In this document: positions 62,208 to 64,000 of the stretch, piece by piece
How positions within the stretch are numbered: position 1 is the stretch's first letter
Layout: every line of letters begins with the position of its first letter
From: an uncultured Acidobacteriota bacterium
GTDB taxonomy: Bacteria; Acidobacteriota; Vicinamibacteria; Vicinamibacterales; UBA2999
Direction of reading: 5' to 3'
DNA length: 64,000 nt
Assembly: GCA_963789815.1 (NCBI GenBank)
Contig: CAWBMG010000013.1
Span: 729,569-793,568, forward strand
Notes under the pieces: generated by a model
Told to the model about the DNA's origin: nothing
The model's database searches: none
The model's input: only the letters and a program-made list of their open reading frames with translations
Translations under genes and position numbers: made by a program

Positions 62208-62552
62208 GATCACCACTCCCTCAACCACCTCGCTGCCACTGGTGCCCGCCGCATGGGCATCCAAGGTCGTTTGACGTTCTGACGGCGCGGGTATGCCAGC
62301 CGGCGCCTCCTGGTTCCGCCCGCCGAAGAATCTCGCTCCGGCTCGCATCCCTTCCGCGGGCGCGTCGACTATGAGCTGACTCGGGGCGGAGTCTGTCAGG
62401 CGCAATCGGACCGCCAGTGGTCATTCGTACGTCCGGGAGCGCATGGACGAAAGTCGACTCGGAAGTCTCGCTCCGCTCCATTCTCGTGTCAGTGGGGCGG
62501 CGGGCTCCACAAGTCGGCGCCGGCTGGCACACCCGCACCGTGAGCGCGTGCA

Positions 62553-63302
62553 CTATCGTCTGAAAGGAGCCGCTCGCTCACGCGGCAACGGCTTCCCGAG
62601 GTGAACGGCCACGTGCGATCCTACCGCCACAAATGCTGATCGTGGGGTGGGAGAGAGAACCTCCGCAAAGCGAGGACCGTAGAGGTGCTCGCTGGGCCCA
62701 CTAAACGTCGCCGAGCGACTCTCCCACACCTGCCAAGCAGGGTGTTCCACTTCGTACTCCATAGTGCTCGCGTCGCGCTGACGCGTGTAGCCCCAGTAGT
62801 GCTCGGTGATGAACGCCGCTTCCGAACCCTCCGTCGCTCGGTGCGCTGCCCCTGACACCTCTGCTCCCAACGAGAATGCGTGACCGCGATACCGCCATGA
62901 GTACGTTGCCGATCCTCCAGTGTCCGCCGACAAAGCCACGTCATGCGACATCGGGACGGCTACGTAGGGCTCGTTGTAAACATATCGAGCCACTGTCGCG
63001 ATTGCGAGGCGGGGCACCAGCTCTCGGATGAAGACCACGGCGCGCCGGACGACGCCGGATGGCGTGGTCCGCCGGACGTAGAAGCGCAGGTTCACCTCTT
63101 CGAACGTCCGGTGAAAGGGGAGGGGAATACCGCGCACGAGCGTATCTCTGAAGAGGAAGCCGACCAGGCTGACAAGCGTGTGCCCGTCCCATTCGTCGAG
63201 CACGGTACCCTCCGGCACCAGAGGCTCGAGCAACTCGCGCGGGCATACGTAGTTGAGAAGAACCAGATGCTCCCATCGAGCCGTCAGGAAGGGACGAGCC
63301 AC
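62553..63302 (-). CDS. DUF2071 (YqjF-like) domain protein
   Basis: MARPFLTARWEHLVLLNYVCPRELLEPLVPEGTVLDEWDGHTLVSLVGFLF and FEEVNLRFYV fit the DUF2071 pattern. Confidence 0.8.
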   Translation of the reverse strand: MARPFLTARWEHLVLLNYVCPRELLEPLVPEGTVLDEWDGHTLVSLVGFLFRDTLVRGIPLPFHRTFEEVNLRFYVRRTTPSGVVRRAVVFIRELVPRLAIATVARYVYNEPYVAVPMSHDVALSADTGGSATYSWRYRGHAFSLGAEVSGAAHRATEGSEAAFITEHYWGYTRQRDASTMEYEVEHPAWQVWESRSATFSGPSEHLYGPRFAEVLSPTPRSAFVAVGSHVAVHLGKPLPRERAAPFRR

Positions 63303-63348
63303 AGTCGTCAGCTGGAGCTCTTCAGCCTGCTGTCGGATCCTGTGGCGC

Positions 63349-63786
63349 TCACGCGCGCAGGTAGTCGCCCTGCCAGTTCTTGATCTTCAGCTTGATGTCC
63401 TTCCTCGTCGACACGCTGCCGGCGAGTATCTGACGCGTCAGGTCGGCCAGCTCAGCGTCACTGGCAAAACGCAGTGCCACAAGCTGGTCGCGTGTGAGTT
63501 CTTTGATGCGGCTCTGCAGGTCCGGCGGAAGCAGCTCGCGCAGACGCAGGCGCATTTCAAGGCAGATAACCCGATCCTGCACGGTTACGACCATCGCTCT
63601 CGACAACAAGGCCGCCACAACGAGCGCCGCCGCCACGAGGCAAGCGAATGCGGTGCCGATCGATAGACTCGTCCACGCGTTCCACACGGCGTTAATGAAA
63701 TTGACCATCAGCACCGGCATCACAAAGAAATGAAACGGTGGAAAGAAACGAACGTGGTTCTTGTAGGTCTGTACGGTCTCCGACAT
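63349..63786 (-). CDS. small membrane protein, resembles the DUF6526 group
   Basis: QTYKNHVRFFPPFHFFVMPVLMVNF N-terminus, two TM segments and a charged C-terminal tail. Family name is from memory. Confidence 0.6.
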   Translation of the reverse strand: MSETVQTYKNHVRFFPPFHFFVMPVLMVNFINAVWNAWTSLSIGTAFACLVAAALVVAALLSRAMVVTVQDRVICLEMRLRLRELLPPDLQSRIKELTRDQLVALRFASDAELADLTRQILAGSVSTRKDIKLKIKNWQGDYLRA

Positions 63787-63818
63787 AGCTGTTCCTCCCT
63801 GCGTGCGGAACCGGGACG

Positions 63819-64000
63819 CTACTTCTTGACGAACTTGTGCAGCACCGCATTCACCGTGTCGGCGACGTAGATTTCTCCCTTTGCACCAAAGGTCAGATAG
63901 TGCGCCTCGCCGAATTGACCGAGCTCTTTGCCGGGCTGGCCGGTAGCCGCCAGTGCCTTCCCGTTCTTGTCCAGTCGCAGAATCTGCCCCGCGAACCCGC
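63819..64000 (-). CDS. NHL-repeat-like beta-propeller protein, C-terminal fragment (rest lies beyond the right edge)
   Basis: My own minus-strand translation: GFAGQILRLDKNGKALAATGQPGKELGQFGEAHYLTFGAKGEIYVADTVNAVLHKFVKK, stop at 63819-63821. The G-x-F-x-x-P-x-x-(V/I)-A-V-D-like NHL pattern is present. Confidence 0.5.
   Translation of the reverse strand, partial: GFAGQILRLDKNGKALAATGQPGKELGQFGEAHYLTFGAKGEIYVADTVNAVLHKFVKK

Overview
High-GC bacterial chromosomal segment. The gene content points to Acidobacteriota, which is an inference from TonB-dependent receptors with carboxypeptidase-regulatory-like N-termini, an orphan duplicated MacB/FtsX permease, and many PQQ-like beta-propeller paralogues. 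I saw no rRNA, tRNA, CRISPR, transposase, integrase or phage genes. Coding content falls into five groups. (1) An aromatic-acid catabolic and uptake region: a GntR regulator, two TonB-dependent receptors, a PcaK-like MFS, LigJ/LigK/LigC-like protocatechuate 4,5-cleavage enzymes, a fused LigB-LigA type ring-cleavage dioxygenase, a gentisate 1,2-dioxygenase with an FAH hydrolase and a maleate isomerase, and four paralogous uncharacterised secreted proteins. (2) Six PQQ-like beta-propeller paralogues in two clusters, with a Ser/Thr kinase-TolB fusion and a Yip1 membrane protein. (3) A cluster of an adenylating enzyme, an ALDH-superfamily reductase, a GT4 glycosyltransferase, an ABC ATPase, a rhodanese, an MFS and a giant FtsX permease. 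(4) Transporters (CPA2 antiporter, MFS). (5) Assorted hydrolases and DUF proteins. The most unusual signal is non-coding. Almost every intergenic gap holds arrays of short simple motifs arranged as inverted repeats, in at least ten motif families. Several of these arrays are read through in frame inside genes. One family (core GTCGGTGCAAT, period about 21-25 nt) forms two inverted arrays around a four-helix-bundle gene of the 23S rRNA intervening-sequence protein family. A second, decayed copy of that gene type is bracketed by a different motif family. Many long ORFs in the supplied track are antisense or out-of-frame artefacts of high GC and were not called.
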